From: Clostridia bacterium
GTDB taxonomy: Bacteria > Bacillota > Clostridia > Christensenellales > SZUA-584
Reading direction: 5' to 3'
Length of the DNA: 64,000 nucleotides
NCBI GenBank assembly: GCA_018648645.1
Contig: JABGQS010000011.1
Location: 1,328-65,327, forward strand
Shown here: one piece after another, positions 9,086 to 19,581 of the stretch
How positions within the stretch are numbered: position 1 is the stretch's first letter
How the letters are laid out: the number at the start of each line of letters is the position of its first letter
Notes under the pieces: model-generated
What the model saw: the letters and a program-made list of their open reading frames with translations, nothing else
Told to the model about the DNA's origin: nothing
Databases searched by the model: none
Position numbers and translations under genes: made by a program

Positions 9086-10473
9086 ACGTTCTCCTCATAT
9101 ACCTCTATGCCCATTTCATCTATGCCAAACACATCAAAGCCTTGACGTTTTGCTTCTAATATATAGCCCGCCATCTCAAACGAGATTAGCTGACCCGAGT
9201 GCACGACCACCTCTGCGGGCGGAAACACGCACACCGTGCTTGCGCAGTGTCTGCCGACAGCGCGCTCTACTCTGACTTTTTCTATGTTATCGTAAAACTT
9301 GAACTTTTGCGAATACTTTGTTGCGGGCGGCAGGCTGTACGGCGAAAAATAGATGCTTTTACCGTAAGTCTTCTCGATGCTCGAAAGCTCTTTATACAGC
9401 AGGTCAAGCTGCTCTGCAGTGTCGCCCACACTCAGCAGCAGCAATATGTTGCTCGTGTCCGCAGCTTCGATATGGATACCGACCGCCGCCAACCGCTTGC
9501 TGACCGTCATGCCACTCAGGCCCGTTTTGCTGACATCGATTATAAGCTTTAGCGGATCAATATCCTCGTCCAACGCCATCGCAATCTTTGGACACGAGAG
9601 CCGCGGCAGTTTGTCTACCATTATGCGAAACTTGTCCGCAATGCTGATGATAGCAAACAGCTCTTGCTCTCCCTTATCGCGCATGTACGCGTGCGCATAG
9701 TCTATTGAAGCCAGCAGCAAATATGACGGGCTGGTCGTCTGCACCTTTGTCAACGCGCGCTTTAGCCGGCTGCCGCTTATCATCGAAGTATTACCCACGC
9801 AAACACAGGCACATTGGTTCATCGCAGGCAGCGTTTTGTGCGTGCTTTGCGTCCAAATGTCTGCACCGGCATCGGCGGGCGAGATTGGCAGCAGAGCCGA
9901 ATACGCAAAATGCGCGGAATGTGCGCCGTCCACCACGAGCGGAATACCCGCTTTGTGCGTTATCCTCGCAATGCCCGCGATATCGCAGCACAGCCCAAAA
10001 TAGTTCGGGTATACGATGAACACAGCAACCGCGTCTTTGTGCTGCCCAAGCGCAGTTTTGACTGCATCGGTGCTTGTGACTCTTGGATAATCGCACGCCT
10101 GCGATGGCAAATAAACGGGCTTTATATCGAACATGACGATTGCGTTCGCAACGCTTGCATGCACACCTCGCGCAAATATCACTTTTTTACCGCCAAACAG
10201 CGACAGCATCGCATGCACGCCGGCAGTAGAACCACCAGTTGTATAGTGCGCCTGCTCCGCGCCGATAAAGTCGGCATGAAGCTGCTCGCTTTGCTTAATG
10301 ACTCCGCTTGGTGCAAGAAGGTTGTCCACGCCCGGCAGCTCGGTTATGTCGAACCGGAGCATGTCGCCGCCAAAAAAGCCCGTGTCGCCTTTGTGACCCG
10401 GCATACAAAACCGCGCTTTGCTGTCCTTAGCCGCGCTATATATCGCGTCCATAATCGGCGTTTTGCGCTCCAT
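9082..10473 (-). CDS. PLP-dependent Orn/Lys/Arg decarboxylase-family protein (YaaO-like)
   Basis: 'STHKTLPAMNQ' PLP-lysine motif, 'CMPGHKG' N-terminal motif, and position upstream of tmk. Confidence 0.8.
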   Translation of the reverse strand: MERKTPIMDAIYSAAKDSKARFCMPGHKGDTGFFGGDMLRFDITELPGVDNLLAPSGVIKQSEQLHADFIGAEQAHYTTGGSTAGVHAMLSLFGGKKVIFARGVHASVANAIVMFDIKPVYLPSQACDYPRVTSTDAVKTALGQHKDAVAVFIVYPNYFGLCCDIAGIARITHKAGIPLVVDGAHSAHFAYSALLPISPADAGADIWTQSTHKTLPAMNQCACVCVGNTSMISGSRLKRALTKVQTTSPSYLLLASIDYAHAYMRDKGEQELFAIISIADKFRIMVDKLPRLSCPKIAMALDEDIDPLKLIIDVSKTGLSGMTVSKRLAAVGIHIEAADTSNILLLLSVGDTAEQLDLLYKELSSIEKTYGKSIYFSPYSLPPATKYSQKFKFYDNIEKVRVERAVGRHCASTVCVFPPAEVVVHSGQLISFEMAGYILEAKRQGFDVFGIDEMGIEVYEENV

Positions 10474-10596
10474 AGGCGTCTTCCTCCCTGTGTTTGTTTT
10501 CCTTTCTTTATTTTATATCTCAAAATGTTTTCCCGCAACCCTTTAATAATGAAAAAAAGTGTGAGATAATAGTACATAGGCAAAAAGGAGTGTGCA

Positions 10597-11394
10597 ATGA
10601 AAAAGACAATACGAGAAAACATGCTTTTGTTCTCTAAAGAGCGTATCAACAACCCAAACCGATACCGGCTGTATTTTACGACTCTGGGGTCACTCGGCGA
10701 TGAAACACCGCGTGTTTTTCGGCTGCTCGTGCGCACACCGTTCTCTTTTAACAAGTTCGAGATAGGCAGAGTGTATACATTGGTATACCACAAAGTTCAC
10801 ATCAGCGAGTTCAAGCCGGGCGAAATGTTCAATTTGCAGGAGTCGCATTTTGCTACGCTTATGGAAACGCGCGATATAAAGTTTATGGACAAAAAAACGT
10901 CTGCCGCACTGCGCTCGATAGAGAGCGACCGCTCTTCTAAAGACCGCTACTACTCGTTCGAAGAAACGCGCGAAATTATCAACTATACACCCGACCTTCT
11001 CTCGAGGTTCGCAATCGGCGTGTTTACTTTTTTGCTCTCAGGTGTCGCTTTTCTGATTCCGTTTTTGATGTACGCATATATGCTCTTCTTGCTGATTAGA
11101 GGACAGCTGAACCTCGTCGGATACAGCAGCAAAGCGTTGGTTCTACCCATTCTCGGCATAGGCGCGCTGCCAGTCACAATTTTTATTATGTCCGTGCTGT
11201 TTATGATAAGCGAGCTGGCATTGATGCGCATAGAGTTCACAAAATGGAGCGTTCTAAAACGCTATACGCTCGCGTGGGGCGGTATGAGAAAAAGCATCTT
11301 TTTGGAAATCAGCGACTTTAAATATCTAAAGAAGTTTGGCATCGTTGCCGCAAGCGTGCTCGTGGTCGCCGTTGTGGTTGCGTTGATTCTATAG
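10597..11394 (+). CDS. Hypothetical multi-pass membrane protein
   Basis: AAAGGAG ribosome-binding site. C-terminal half is hydrophobic with several TM segments. Confidence 0.6.
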   Translation: MKKTIRENMLLFSKERINNPNRYRLYFTTLGSLGDETPRVFRLLVRTPFSFNKFEIGRVYTLVYHKVHISEFKPGEMFNLQESHFATLMETRDIKFMDKKTSAALRSIESDRSSKDRYYSFEETREIINYTPDLLSRFAIGVFTFLLSGVAFLIPFLMYAYMLFLLIRGQLNLVGYSSKALVLPILGIGALPVTIFIMSVLFMISELALMRIEFTKWSVLKRYTLAWGGMRKSIFLEISDFKYLKKFGIVAASVLVVAVVVALIL

Positions 11395-11399
11395 CTGCG

Positions 11400-11873
11400 T
11401 TATTTTGCCATGCGCTCTTTGATAATGTCCTGCATCTTCTCACTCGGGCTGAAAAACACACATTTTTTGTCGTCGTCCTTTATGTACACAACATAAACTA
11501 CACCTTTTCGCTTTGCCGCAAACGTAAGGCGCTGTTTCTTGCCGCTGTAATCGCTCGGCAGCGTATCGCCGATGTATATGATTTGTTTTAGTTTTGTTTC
11601 AAACAGGCGTCGCGGGCGCTTGCCGATGTATCTATCCACAAACAGCTCGTCGTCAACGAGCGCATACTCGTACTCAGTAATCCATTTGCGCACAATCGCA
11701 ATACCGGCAAGAATAAACAGCACGTATTCGATGTATTCCATAAACGAAACTTTGAGCACTTCATTAATCGCAGTTATCAGCATGTGCAAAAGCAAAATCG
11801 CTGCTACCAAACCGACTGTTATCAATATCCCAAAAACTGTAGAAAGCTGTTTTCTTTTATATCTTTCCTTCAT
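11400..11873 (-). CDS. Hypothetical membrane protein (two TM helices plus a small soluble domain)
   Basis: ORF with two N-terminal hydrophobic helices. No firm family assignment. Confidence 0.55.
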   Translation of the reverse strand: MKERYKRKQLSTVFGILITVGLVAAILLLHMLITAINEVLKVSFMEYIEYVLFILAGIAIVRKWITEYEYALVDDELFVDRYIGKRPRRLFETKLKQIIYIGDTLPSDYSGKKQRLTFAAKRKGVVYVVYIKDDDKKCVFFSPSEKMQDIIKERMAK

Positions 11874-12062
11874 ATAACTCCTTAATATATCTTTCCTTTA
11901 TTACACACATTATACGGCAATAACTGCGGATGTGCAAACGCTTCTTGCCACGCAGAATTCGGGATTTCCTTTGATTTTACGTGCCCGACTATGTTATACT
12001 GTATTTAACAATTTCAGGTTAGCAAATTGCTTAAAATATAAAATAGGATTGGGATTCTTCAT

Positions 12063-12755
12063 ATGCTGGTTGCGCAAGGTCTTAGAAAAAGCTACGGGAA
12101 AATCGAATACCTGAAGGGTGTCAGCCTAGATGTTCCGCAGGGCAGCTGCCTCGCCATAGTAGGCGAGAACGGCGCAGGCAAAACAACGCTGCTAAAGATT
12201 TTGGCAACCGCGTCAAAGCCGGATAGCGGCAGCCTTTTTGTCGGCGGTGTGGATGCCATCGCGCACCCAAAGTCGGCACGCAAGATTTTGGGCTACGTGC
12301 CCCAGGGCATTGCGCTTATGCAGGAATTAACGGTAAAGGACAACCTGTATTATTGGATGAAAACCAAAGATAAAAAGGTTTATGAGCGCGTGCTAGACTT
12401 AATTGATCTAAAGGGCGCAGAAAAAAAGAAGGTTAAAAAGCTTTCGGGCGGCATGAAACGACGGCTTAACATTGGCGCGTCGCTGGTGCTTAGCCCAAGG
12501 CTGCTTATCATGGACGAACCGCTTGCAGGTGTCGATGTCGCAAACCGGCGCAAACTTGCGCAAAGCTTTTCGCGCATGAAACAAGAAGGCATCACGCTGA
12601 TATTCACCAGCCATTATCTAGAGGAACTGCACGTTCTGGCTGATTGTTTATTGGCGCTGAGAGATGGGCAATGCTCGTATTACGGCGATTTAAACTTCGC
12701 CGAGGATGCGCATGCAGGCAGCTTATCCTCTGCCATCAGCTACTATACGTCTTAA
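12063..12755 (+). CDS. ABC transporter ATP-binding protein
   Basis: Walker A 'GENGAGKTT', signature 'LSGGMKRRL', Walker B 'LLIMDEP'. Confidence 0.9.
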   Translation: MLVAQGLRKSYGKIEYLKGVSLDVPQGSCLAIVGENGAGKTTLLKILATASKPDSGSLFVGGVDAIAHPKSARKILGYVPQGIALMQELTVKDNLYYWMKTKDKKVYERVLDLIDLKGAEKKKVKKLSGGMKRRLNIGASLVLSPRLLIMDEPLAGVDVANRRKLAQSFSRMKQEGITLIFTSHYLEELHVLADCLLALRDGQCSYYGDLNFAEDAHAGSLSSAISYYTS

Positions 12756-12772
12756 TAGGAGGAAACAATATT

Positions 12773-14299
12773 ATGAGTGATCAAAACAACAACATCCCGG
12801 AGAAACCTATACAACCATTTCCATTCAACTCACAGCAGAATTATGATCCGCAGACGGGGCAGCCCGCTTATCAACCGTATACGGGATCGCCCGTTCCGCC
12901 GCAAAAGAAAAAGAGCAAGTGGTGGATATGGCTTATTGTCGCAGTAGTCGTCATTGGGCTTGTTATCGCAGCGCTGTTTATATTCGATGTCTTTGGACCC
13001 AGGCGCGCAGGCAACGAGGGCGTTTGGGCGGCATACGACTATATCGATTCTCTCGAAGCGCGGCAGGAAAGCGTGGTTGGTGCTTCTCACAAGGAGCTTG
13101 TCGACCGGCTTAACACCGAGGCGTTTGAAATCGACGGTGAGATTGAAATCGATTCAGAGTTGATTGGGCTTTTGGACATGGGCTTCAACCAAATCGGTGC
13201 CGACTTCAAAGTCAAATACGATTTTGTCGATTTAGGGCTCCAACTTAATTTAATGAGCTTCATCTCGGCAGATTTATACTTGATTGAGGATGAAGTGGTT
13301 ATAAGCTTGTTTGGTCAAGCGTACAGCCTGCCGCTAGAGCTTGATACCGATGCCGACCTCGGCGACGAAATGTCGCTCGAAGCCAGAATTGCTGCGCTAA
13401 CCTCAATGTCGCAAGACCAAGACTTTGATGGTCTGCTGCTGCGAGTAATCACCGAATTTGCACCCGCCGTTGCGGACAATCTGTCCGAGCACGACACAGC
13501 GGACGTGTACAGCCCGAAGGAAGACGACGAAGTGCAGATGAACACAATCACAACCACGATTGACGAGGACGACTTGTACGACATCGTGACCGGCTTTGGC
13601 GAAAACCTTGAAGCAAACGAAGAGTTGATTGACGATTTGCAAGCTTTGGTAGACACGCTCGCTGATGCCGCCGGAGAAGATATCGACATCGAGGATCTCC
13701 TTGACGATATGATGGACATGGATGAAGATGAATATGAGGATATTCCAAAGTTCGAGTTCTCTTGGACGGTTTACAAATATAAAGGCGAGTATGTCGGCAT
13801 AGGCCTCTATATTGAAGCAGAAGACGAAGAGGTCGAAGCGCTCATTATAACCGAGTTTAGCAGCGACACAGTATTCACAAGCATCGTTGCCGAATATGAC
13901 GGCGACGAGGTTCTAAGCGCGCTCGGTGAACTGGTATACAGCGGCGATGATATGACGTTTGATATGGAAATCGAAATCACCATACCCGAGGACGAGTATA
14001 CAGAAGAGATGGCAATAACGGTTGATATATCCGGCGAAACAACTATCGAGAAAGACAGCAACACGGAGTATGCGTTTAGCGGAGACCTTTCGATCGACAT
14101 CGAGGGTGTCAACATGTATATGCTTGGTATTCCCGATACGATATCAGTCGATATCACAGTATCTGCCGACGTTCTGTTTGGCGACCTTGAGACGATTGAG
14201 GACGACGACGACTGGAACGATGTATACGACCAAGACTGGGGCGATATTGACGACTTGATGAACGGGCTTAACAACCTTCCGTTCGACTTGCCTTTCTAG
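12773..14299 (+). CDS. Single-pass membrane protein with a Pro/Gln/Tyr-rich N-terminus and a hyper-acidic extracytoplasmic domain
   Basis: AGGAGGA ribosome-binding site at 12757-12763 and ATG at 12773. TM segment 'WWIWLIVAVVVIGLVIAALFIF'. A long D/E-rich C-terminal region follows. Confidence 0.7.
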   Translation: MSDQNNNIPEKPIQPFPFNSQQNYDPQTGQPAYQPYTGSPVPPQKKKSKWWIWLIVAVVVIGLVIAALFIFDVFGPRRAGNEGVWAAYDYIDSLEARQESVVGASHKELVDRLNTEAFEIDGEIEIDSELIGLLDMGFNQIGADFKVKYDFVDLGLQLNLMSFISADLYLIEDEVVISLFGQAYSLPLELDTDADLGDEMSLEARIAALTSMSQDQDFDGLLLRVITEFAPAVADNLSEHDTADVYSPKEDDEVQMNTITTTIDEDDLYDIVTGFGENLEANEELIDDLQALVDTLADAAGEDIDIEDLLDDMMDMDEDEYEDIPKFEFSWTVYKYKGEYVGIGLYIEAEDEEVEALIITEFSSDTVFTSIVAEYDGDEVLSALGELVYSGDDMTFDMEIEITIPEDEYTEEMAITVDISGETTIEKDSNTEYAFSGDLSIDIEGVNMYMLGIPDTISVDITVSADVLFGDLETIEDDDDWNDVYDQDWGDIDDLMNGLNNLPFDLPF

Positions 14300-14309
14300 C
14301 ACAAATGTG

Positions 14310-14346
14310 AAGCGGGCGGCAGTTATTACTGTTGCCCGCTTTTTTA
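14310..14346 (+). terminator. Hairpin and T-run between the acidic protein gene and the permease genes
   Basis: agcgggcggcagt...actgttgcccgct stem followed by ttttt. Confidence 0.6.
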
Positions 14347-14373
14347 AATCGAAACAAACACTTGTGAGTGAAT

Positions 14374-15570
14374 ATGAGAAAACTATTTGCAATCGACTTT
14401 AAACGATTGCTGCAAAGCAAATCATCCATCATTGTCACGATATTGGCGCCGCTGGTTCTGGTGCTGCTTATTTCGCTTACCATCGCGCCGCTGTATTTTT
14501 CTGATGTGCGGCTCGACTATTTTCATATCGTAATACTCAACGAAGACGACGGCGCGCGCACACAAATCGCAGTAGATTCGCTTCTCGCCGGCGACACGGT
14601 TAAAGACCTTATTGACGTTAGGTTTGTCGATACCGCGCAGGAGGGGCATGACGCAATAAAGCAGGGCGCTGTTGCTTTTATCCACATACCGGAGGGCTTG
14701 CAGAGCGATCTTTATATCGGCAGCCAAGTAACAATCAACTATTACGGCAACGAAGAGAGGCCGCTGGAGAATGCGCTGCTGCTTGAAACTTTGGTGCCCG
14801 GGCTTGATCTTGTCAACTTTTCGCAAAATGCTGTCAACAATTTGTATTACAACATGGCACCGACTGACAAGCAAATCGCAACCGAAGTGTTCTACGATAC
14901 TTCGGTCAAGTTCTTTGTCGAGGCTGTGGCAATCGACGGTCTGTACTCACCTCGCGATGTTTCTCCGCTGAGCGATATTTTGCCGGTAGAGTTTTATGCC
15001 GCTAGTCTGCTCGCTTTGTTCGTAGCGCTTGGAGCTTTGCCAATAGCGCGCATCACTTCGGCCGATGCACAGGCGGGGCTGGTGCACCGCCAGCTGCTTA
15101 CGGGCAGCTCTGCAATAAAATGTTTTGTATCGCGGTGGCTGTCGGGCAGTTTACTGCTGCTGATACAATACGCTGTGCTGTCGGTTGTGCTGCTCGCATT
15201 CACCGGACGCCTGGCATACTTTGCGGGCAACGCGCTGCTCATTATCGGAGGCGGCGTGCTGTTTTGCGTTTTTGTCAGTCTCGCTATGATGCTGGTCGGG
15301 CTGCTATCAAAATCCGCGGCATACGTTTCGCTTACGCTGATACTTGCGCTGGCTGTGCTTGGCGGAATTATTGTGCCGACAGCGTACATGCCCGGGGTGC
15401 TGCGTGCCATATCGAACTATACCCCATTCTCGCCCGCGCTCAAGCTCAGCATAGCAGGCATGTTTAACGCAAGCGTCGACAACATCGCAGTTTATTTTGC
15501 AATACTCATCGCTTACATCGCGGTGCTTTTGCCAATCAGCATTAAACGCTTTACAAGGAGAGGACTTTGA
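14374..15570 (+). CDS. ABC-2 type transporter permease
   Basis: N-terminal TM helix, a large extracytoplasmic loop, then five C-terminal TM helices. Follows the ABC ATPase gene. Confidence 0.75.
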   Translation: MRKLFAIDFKRLLQSKSSIIVTILAPLVLVLLISLTIAPLYFSDVRLDYFHIVILNEDDGARTQIAVDSLLAGDTVKDLIDVRFVDTAQEGHDAIKQGAVAFIHIPEGLQSDLYIGSQVTINYYGNEERPLENALLLETLVPGLDLVNFSQNAVNNLYYNMAPTDKQIATEVFYDTSVKFFVEAVAIDGLYSPRDVSPLSDILPVEFYAASLLALFVALGALPIARITSADAQAGLVHRQLLTGSSAIKCFVSRWLSGSLLLLIQYAVLSVVLLAFTGRLAYFAGNALLIIGGGVLFCVFVSLAMMLVGLLSKSAAYVSLTLILALAVLGGIIVPTAYMPGVLRAISNYTPFSPALKLSIAGMFNASVDNIAVYFAILIAYIAVLLPISIKRFTRRGL

Positions 15571-16688
15571 GGATATTCGGGCGAACATTTTTGTATAGGC
15601 TGAAAACGTGTCTCGTCACCGCGAGAGGTCTTGTTTCGCTTTGCCTGGGGCTTGCTATCGCGATTATCCCGTTCATAGGGCTAAGCATTCCCGACGCGCC
15701 GGTGCCCATCGGTTGGATTGACGAGGATAATACGGAGTTCTCCGCGCTGCTGAAGGAAAAGGTACTGGGTATCGAGCTGTTGTCGGTGTCGGATCAAGAC
15801 GAGCAAACGCTATTAAGCCGACTTCAAACGGGCGACCTTGAAGGTGTGTTTATCGTGCCAGAGGGCTTTGAAGAGAGTATGAAAGCGGGTGAGTACGAAG
15901 AATCGCTGGTTATACTTAGCTCTCCGTACAGCTCTGCTTTCGAGATTGTTGCAGAGAGCGTGGGCAGAAAAGCTATGGAGATTTGGATCGCGTGCTACAC
16001 CGCAAATATAGCGCTGGAGCACGGTGACAAGAGCGATTATGACGCAGTGTTTGCAAAGGTGATGCAAGGCGAGTACGAGCCCATTTTGACGCTTAGCCAG
16101 CTGAGTGGCACAACCCACATACCCGTGGACGAAACAAAGCCTATAGAAGAAGCGGCGTACACTTCGCTGTATCTTCTTGCAGCGTTTGCGTGTTTCTACA
16201 TGCTTATGGGACTGGCAGCACAAAACAACATCGATTTTTCGGCGCGGCTCATCTCGCGCGCGGTATCGCTCGAGTCACACCGCATGGCGCTCTCGCTCGG
16301 TGACGCGCTGTTCTTGCTCCCCTGCGTGATTCCATCGCTCATCGCGTTTGGCATCGCGGGCAAATTCGACACAATCGCGCCGGCACTTGCACTGTTCGCG
16401 CTGTATCTTGTCTCATACGGCGGCATATCTTCGCTCGTGTCAAAAATCAAAAACAAAACCACGCTGATGTTGACGATATCGCTGATCACGATAGTCAACC
16501 TCTTCCTTGGCGCAATGCTGGTAGACCTGCCCGCCGCAGGTTTCATCTCAAACGCGTCGTACATTCTGCCGAGCAGATGGCTGTCTTCGGCCGACACGCT
16601 CGGTGTCGGATGGAGCATCCTTGGGATGTTTGCATGCGCCGCTGTTTATAACGCGCTGCCGTTTGTATCCCGCAAAAAGGCTGTATAA
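15567..16688 (+). CDS. ABC-2 type transporter permease (second subunit)
   Basis: Same topology as the preceding ORF. Its start overlaps the previous stop. Confidence 0.7.
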   Translation: MRIFGRTFLYRLKTCLVTARGLVSLCLGLAIAIIPFIGLSIPDAPVPIGWIDEDNTEFSALLKEKVLGIELLSVSDQDEQTLLSRLQTGDLEGVFIVPEGFEESMKAGEYEESLVILSSPYSSAFEIVAESVGRKAMEIWIACYTANIALEHGDKSDYDAVFAKVMQGEYEPILTLSQLSGTTHIPVDETKPIEEAAYTSLYLLAAFACFYMLMGLAAQNNIDFSARLISRAVSLESHRMALSLGDALFLLPCVIPSLIAFGIAGKFDTIAPALALFALYLVSYGGISSLVSKIKNKTTLMLTISLITIVNLFLGAMLVDLPAAGFISNASYILPSRWLSSADTLGVGWSILGMFACAAVYNALPFVSRKKAV

Positions 16689-16763
16689 ACTCGATATGAC
16701 ATAATAAATCCACAACATATGTGCAAACAAAAAGCGCTATGTACCAGCGCGATAGGAAACCTC

Positions 16764-17171
16764 ATGGAAACACGAATGGATGCTTTTATGATTGCGCCGT
16801 GCGGCATGAACTGCGGCATTTGTATGGCGCACCAGCGCGAGAAAAACCACTGCTCCGGCTGCAGAGACGACACTCGCGAAAAAAGCAAATATTGCGCAAA
16901 GTGCATTATCGCCAACTGCGACAAACGAGATGGCAAAGACGCCGACTTTTGCTATGTCTGCGATGTGTACCCGTGCGTGCGCCTCAAAGCGCTCGACAAG
17001 CGCTATCGCACGAACTACGAAATGAGCATGCTCGAAAACTTGGACTATATCAAAAAACATGGTATCGAAAATTTTGTAGAAAACGAGAAAATACGGTGGG
17101 CGTGCGACACCTGCGATGGACTCATATGCGTGCACCGCGGTTATTGTTTTGTTTGTGGAAAGCCGGAGTAG
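16764..17171 (+). CDS. DUF3795-like Cys-rich protein
   Basis: 'IAPCGMNCGICMAHQREKNHCSGC' and further CxxC pairs. ORF open from 16719; ATG 16764 has an AGGAAA ribosome-binding site. Confidence 0.65.
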   Translation: METRMDAFMIAPCGMNCGICMAHQREKNHCSGCRDDTREKSKYCAKCIIANCDKRDGKDADFCYVCDVYPCVRLKALDKRYRTNYEMSMLENLDYIKKHGIENFVENEKIRWACDTCDGLICVHRGYCFVCGKPE

Positions 17172-17221
17172 CTATCGCACACAAAGTAAGAGATGTTAGA
17201 TTGGTACAACGGAAAAACATT

Positions 17222-18301
17222 TCAGTCTTTTTCAGCTATCGCTTCAACAGTTTCTTTTAGTTCAGCAGCCAACTCATCTCCATTTAACTCACGCATATAT
17301 TCGTAATATTTTTCTGAAATCGCCTCATGATTGAATTTCGTTGCATAAATGTAGATACTTACTTTATATGCATTTGTTAAATCAACACTATAGTGCACAA
17401 TATATTTTTCAAGATTATCATCCATAATCTCAAGATGCCTATGCAGGTCTTTTAAAGTAATCCTGCCTGCTTCATAATCATCAATCATATTTCTGCTATG
17501 TGCAAATAGAATAGTCAAAGTAATGTCCTCATACGGACACAGATCGACTATCATGTACATATATTCAATTCTTTCCGCAGGCTCTATGTAATGATACATA
17601 CTATTCAGCAATCCGCCCGCAAAGGTTAAATACAATGTCTTTTCTTCCACGTCCAGAAATCCACTATCCCAAAACTCTTTAAAAAACTGCTTGTAATACT
17701 TAATGCGCAGCCGATGCAGGGCTTCGTTTGACTTTACAGGAAGGAATCGCAAATATTCGCAAACCAGACCAAATAGCTTCTCGTCTTTTGTTCTTTCATA
17801 TTCATCCACGAGCGCTGAAAAGGCTTGCGGTTCGTTCTCAAAGCTGCTATTTAGAACCATCTCAATATACCGTACAGCTAAGTCGCTTCTTTGCTTCATG
17901 AGCATTTCTTTTAAATCATCCGACTGTAAATCCCCGAAGGTAATAAAATAGTCATCGGGATTTATTGTTTTCTCAAAATCGTATTTAATCTGCATTTCCC
18001 ATGGTTCGTCAAGTTTAAATGGAAAAGCTCCAAACATCATTGACGATATAGCATCGATTTTCTCAGACTCCTCAAGGTCAATTACCGTATTCGCAAGTTC
18101 TTCGGAGCTAGGCGTCAGTACAGAACTCTCTTCTTCGTCAGTTTCTTGAATCTGTTCATCAGTTTCAACAGTTGGAGCTGTTGTCTGCTCGGTTTCCTCA
18201 ACCGCAGGTGTTGGTGTTGTCTCATCAAACTCAGCAGAACTGCAACTGCTAAGCAACAGAGAAAAAACCAGAAATATAACAATAAACAATCTTCTACTCA
18301 T
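17222..18301 (-). CDS. Hypothetical lipoprotein (lower-GC gene)
   Basis: Lipobox 'LLLSSC' after a signal peptide, then an acidic Thr/Glu-rich linker. ORF open to 18322. Confidence 0.6.
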   Translation of the reverse strand: MSRRLFIVIFLVFSLLLSSCSSAEFDETTPTPAVEETEQTTAPTVETDEQIQETDEEESSVLTPSSEELANTVIDLEESEKIDAISSMMFGAFPFKLDEPWEMQIKYDFEKTINPDDYFITFGDLQSDDLKEMLMKQRSDLAVRYIEMVLNSSFENEPQAFSALVDEYERTKDEKLFGLVCEYLRFLPVKSNEALHRLRIKYYKQFFKEFWDSGFLDVEEKTLYLTFAGGLLNSMYHYIEPAERIEYMYMIVDLCPYEDITLTILFAHSRNMIDDYEAGRITLKDLHRHLEIMDDNLEKYIVHYSVDLTNAYKVSIYIYATKFNHEAISEKYYEYMRELNGDELAAELKETVEAIAEKD

Positions 18302-18331
18302 AACCGCCCCATCCTGCTTCATTTGTCTGTA

Positions 18332-19006
18332 CTAAGTACTCAATACTACCCTCACCGCTTGTTCTCTTTGCCTCTTTTCCAGCGAAAACTGCGCGATCTC
18401 GGCTGCTCGCCGCTTCAACAGCTCCACCGAGACCGCTATCGATTCAGCATGGTCAAATGCCAAACCGCCGCTTTCCTCTGCTGTGATTTCCTGTATGCGA
18501 TTATTCGGAAAAACGACCTCTGCGGTGATGTTGGTTTTCCCTCTTAATGTATAAGTTACTCGTGTGTCGGTTTCTCCGACGCTTTTTTTGTAATCGGTTA
18601 TTGCAAACCACTCTGCCTGCGACGCATCATCGCCCGCCTTTGCTTTCACACTGTCAAGCTCGACCAGCGCGACAAAACTGACCGTGATCACACGCTGGCG
18701 AGGGTCTCTGTTTGGCTTTCCCCACACAGCCGCCTGCTCCAGATATGATACGTCTATACCCGTTTCTTCGTTAAGCTCGCGCTTGGCCGCGTCCGCGATG
18801 TCCTCATCGATATCGACAAAGCCGCCGGGCAGCGCCCAGTATCCCTTGTACGGAAACCCGCCGCGTTCTATCAGCAGCAGCTTTAAGCTGCCGGAGTCCA
18901 CAGCAAACAGCGCAACATCTGCCGCGAGAGAAGGCTTCTCGTATTTTGAGGCATCGTAGTTTTCCAGAAACTTCGTTTCCTCTTTGCCGGATGGTTTATA
19001 TGGCAT
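18332..19006 (-). CDS. NUDIX hydrolase with a C-terminal winged-helix-like extension (NrtR-like architecture)
   Basis: Nudix box 'GGFVDIDEDIADAAKRELNEETGI'. Confidence 0.8.
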   Translation of the reverse strand: MPYKPSGKEETKFLENYDASKYEKPSLAADVALFAVDSGSLKLLLIERGGFPYKGYWALPGGFVDIDEDIADAAKRELNEETGIDVSYLEQAAVWGKPNRDPRQRVITVSFVALVELDSVKAKAGDDASQAEWFAITDYKKSVGETDTRVTYTLRGKTNITAEVVFPNNRIQEITAEESGGLAFDHAESIAVSVELLKRRAAEIAQFSLEKRQREQAVRVVLST

Positions 19007-19008
19007 AA

Positions 19009-19572
19009 TTACTCCTGACTGCCAATGTGCATGTCCATCAATATTTCGTCGAAGAACTTTCCGTCTACGTTAAAGAAATCCTTGTGCACACCAACCTGCT
19101 CAAAGCCCATTTTCTCGTAGAGTTTTTTTGCACCGTGGTTGACTGCGCGCACGCCGAGCGAAACGATGCTGATGTTCTTGTGGTGTTTTGCATACGAGAT
19201 AAGCTCGCGCATTACCGCTTCGCCGATGCCCAGCCGCCAGTACGATTTTCTCACCGAGATGGCAACTTCGGCGTTGTGCGCAATCCGCTCTTTGTCGGAA
19301 GCGCTGATTTGCGCTATGCTCACGAGCGTATCGCCCACAAAAGAAAGCACCATCAACGAGTTCTCGTCGCTGTTCATTCTGCCAATATACTCGATTTCCT
19401 GCTCTATTGTCAGCTTCAGCCCTTCCGCGCCAAACAGCAAGTTGTCGCTTTCGCCGCCAACGATGCCTAAATAATCAAGCATGTCCCGGGCGTCCTTTTT
19501 ACTCGGCCGCCGCAAGACAAGCGTCTCTGCGTTTCTCAGCATAATTTGCTTTGGGCTGTCTAAATACTTCAT
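19009..19572 (-). CDS. GNAT family N-acetyltransferase
   Basis: Acetyl-CoA motif region 'WRLGIGEAVMRELISYAK'. Typical length of 187 aa. Confidence 0.8.
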   Translation of the reverse strand: MKYLDSPKQIMLRNAETLVLRRPSKKDARDMLDYLGIVGGESDNLLFGAEGLKLTIEQEIEYIGRMNSDENSLMVLSFVGDTLVSIAQISASDKERIAHNAEVAISVRKSYWRLGIGEAVMRELISYAKHHKNISIVSLGVRAVNHGAKKLYEKMGFEQVGVHKDFFNVDGKFFDEILMDMHIGSQE

Positions 19573-19581
19573 GTTGCTCTC

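Noticed and set aside
9814-10569. 251-aa + strand ORF opposite the PLP-decarboxylase gene
   Set aside because: Shadow frame of a gene with clear PLP-enzyme motifs. No independent support.
12644-12772. N-terminal extension of the acidic protein ORF overlapping the ABC ATPase gene
   Set aside because: The extension overlaps the 3' end of the ATPase gene in another frame. A strong AGGAGGA ribosome-binding site precedes ATG 12773.
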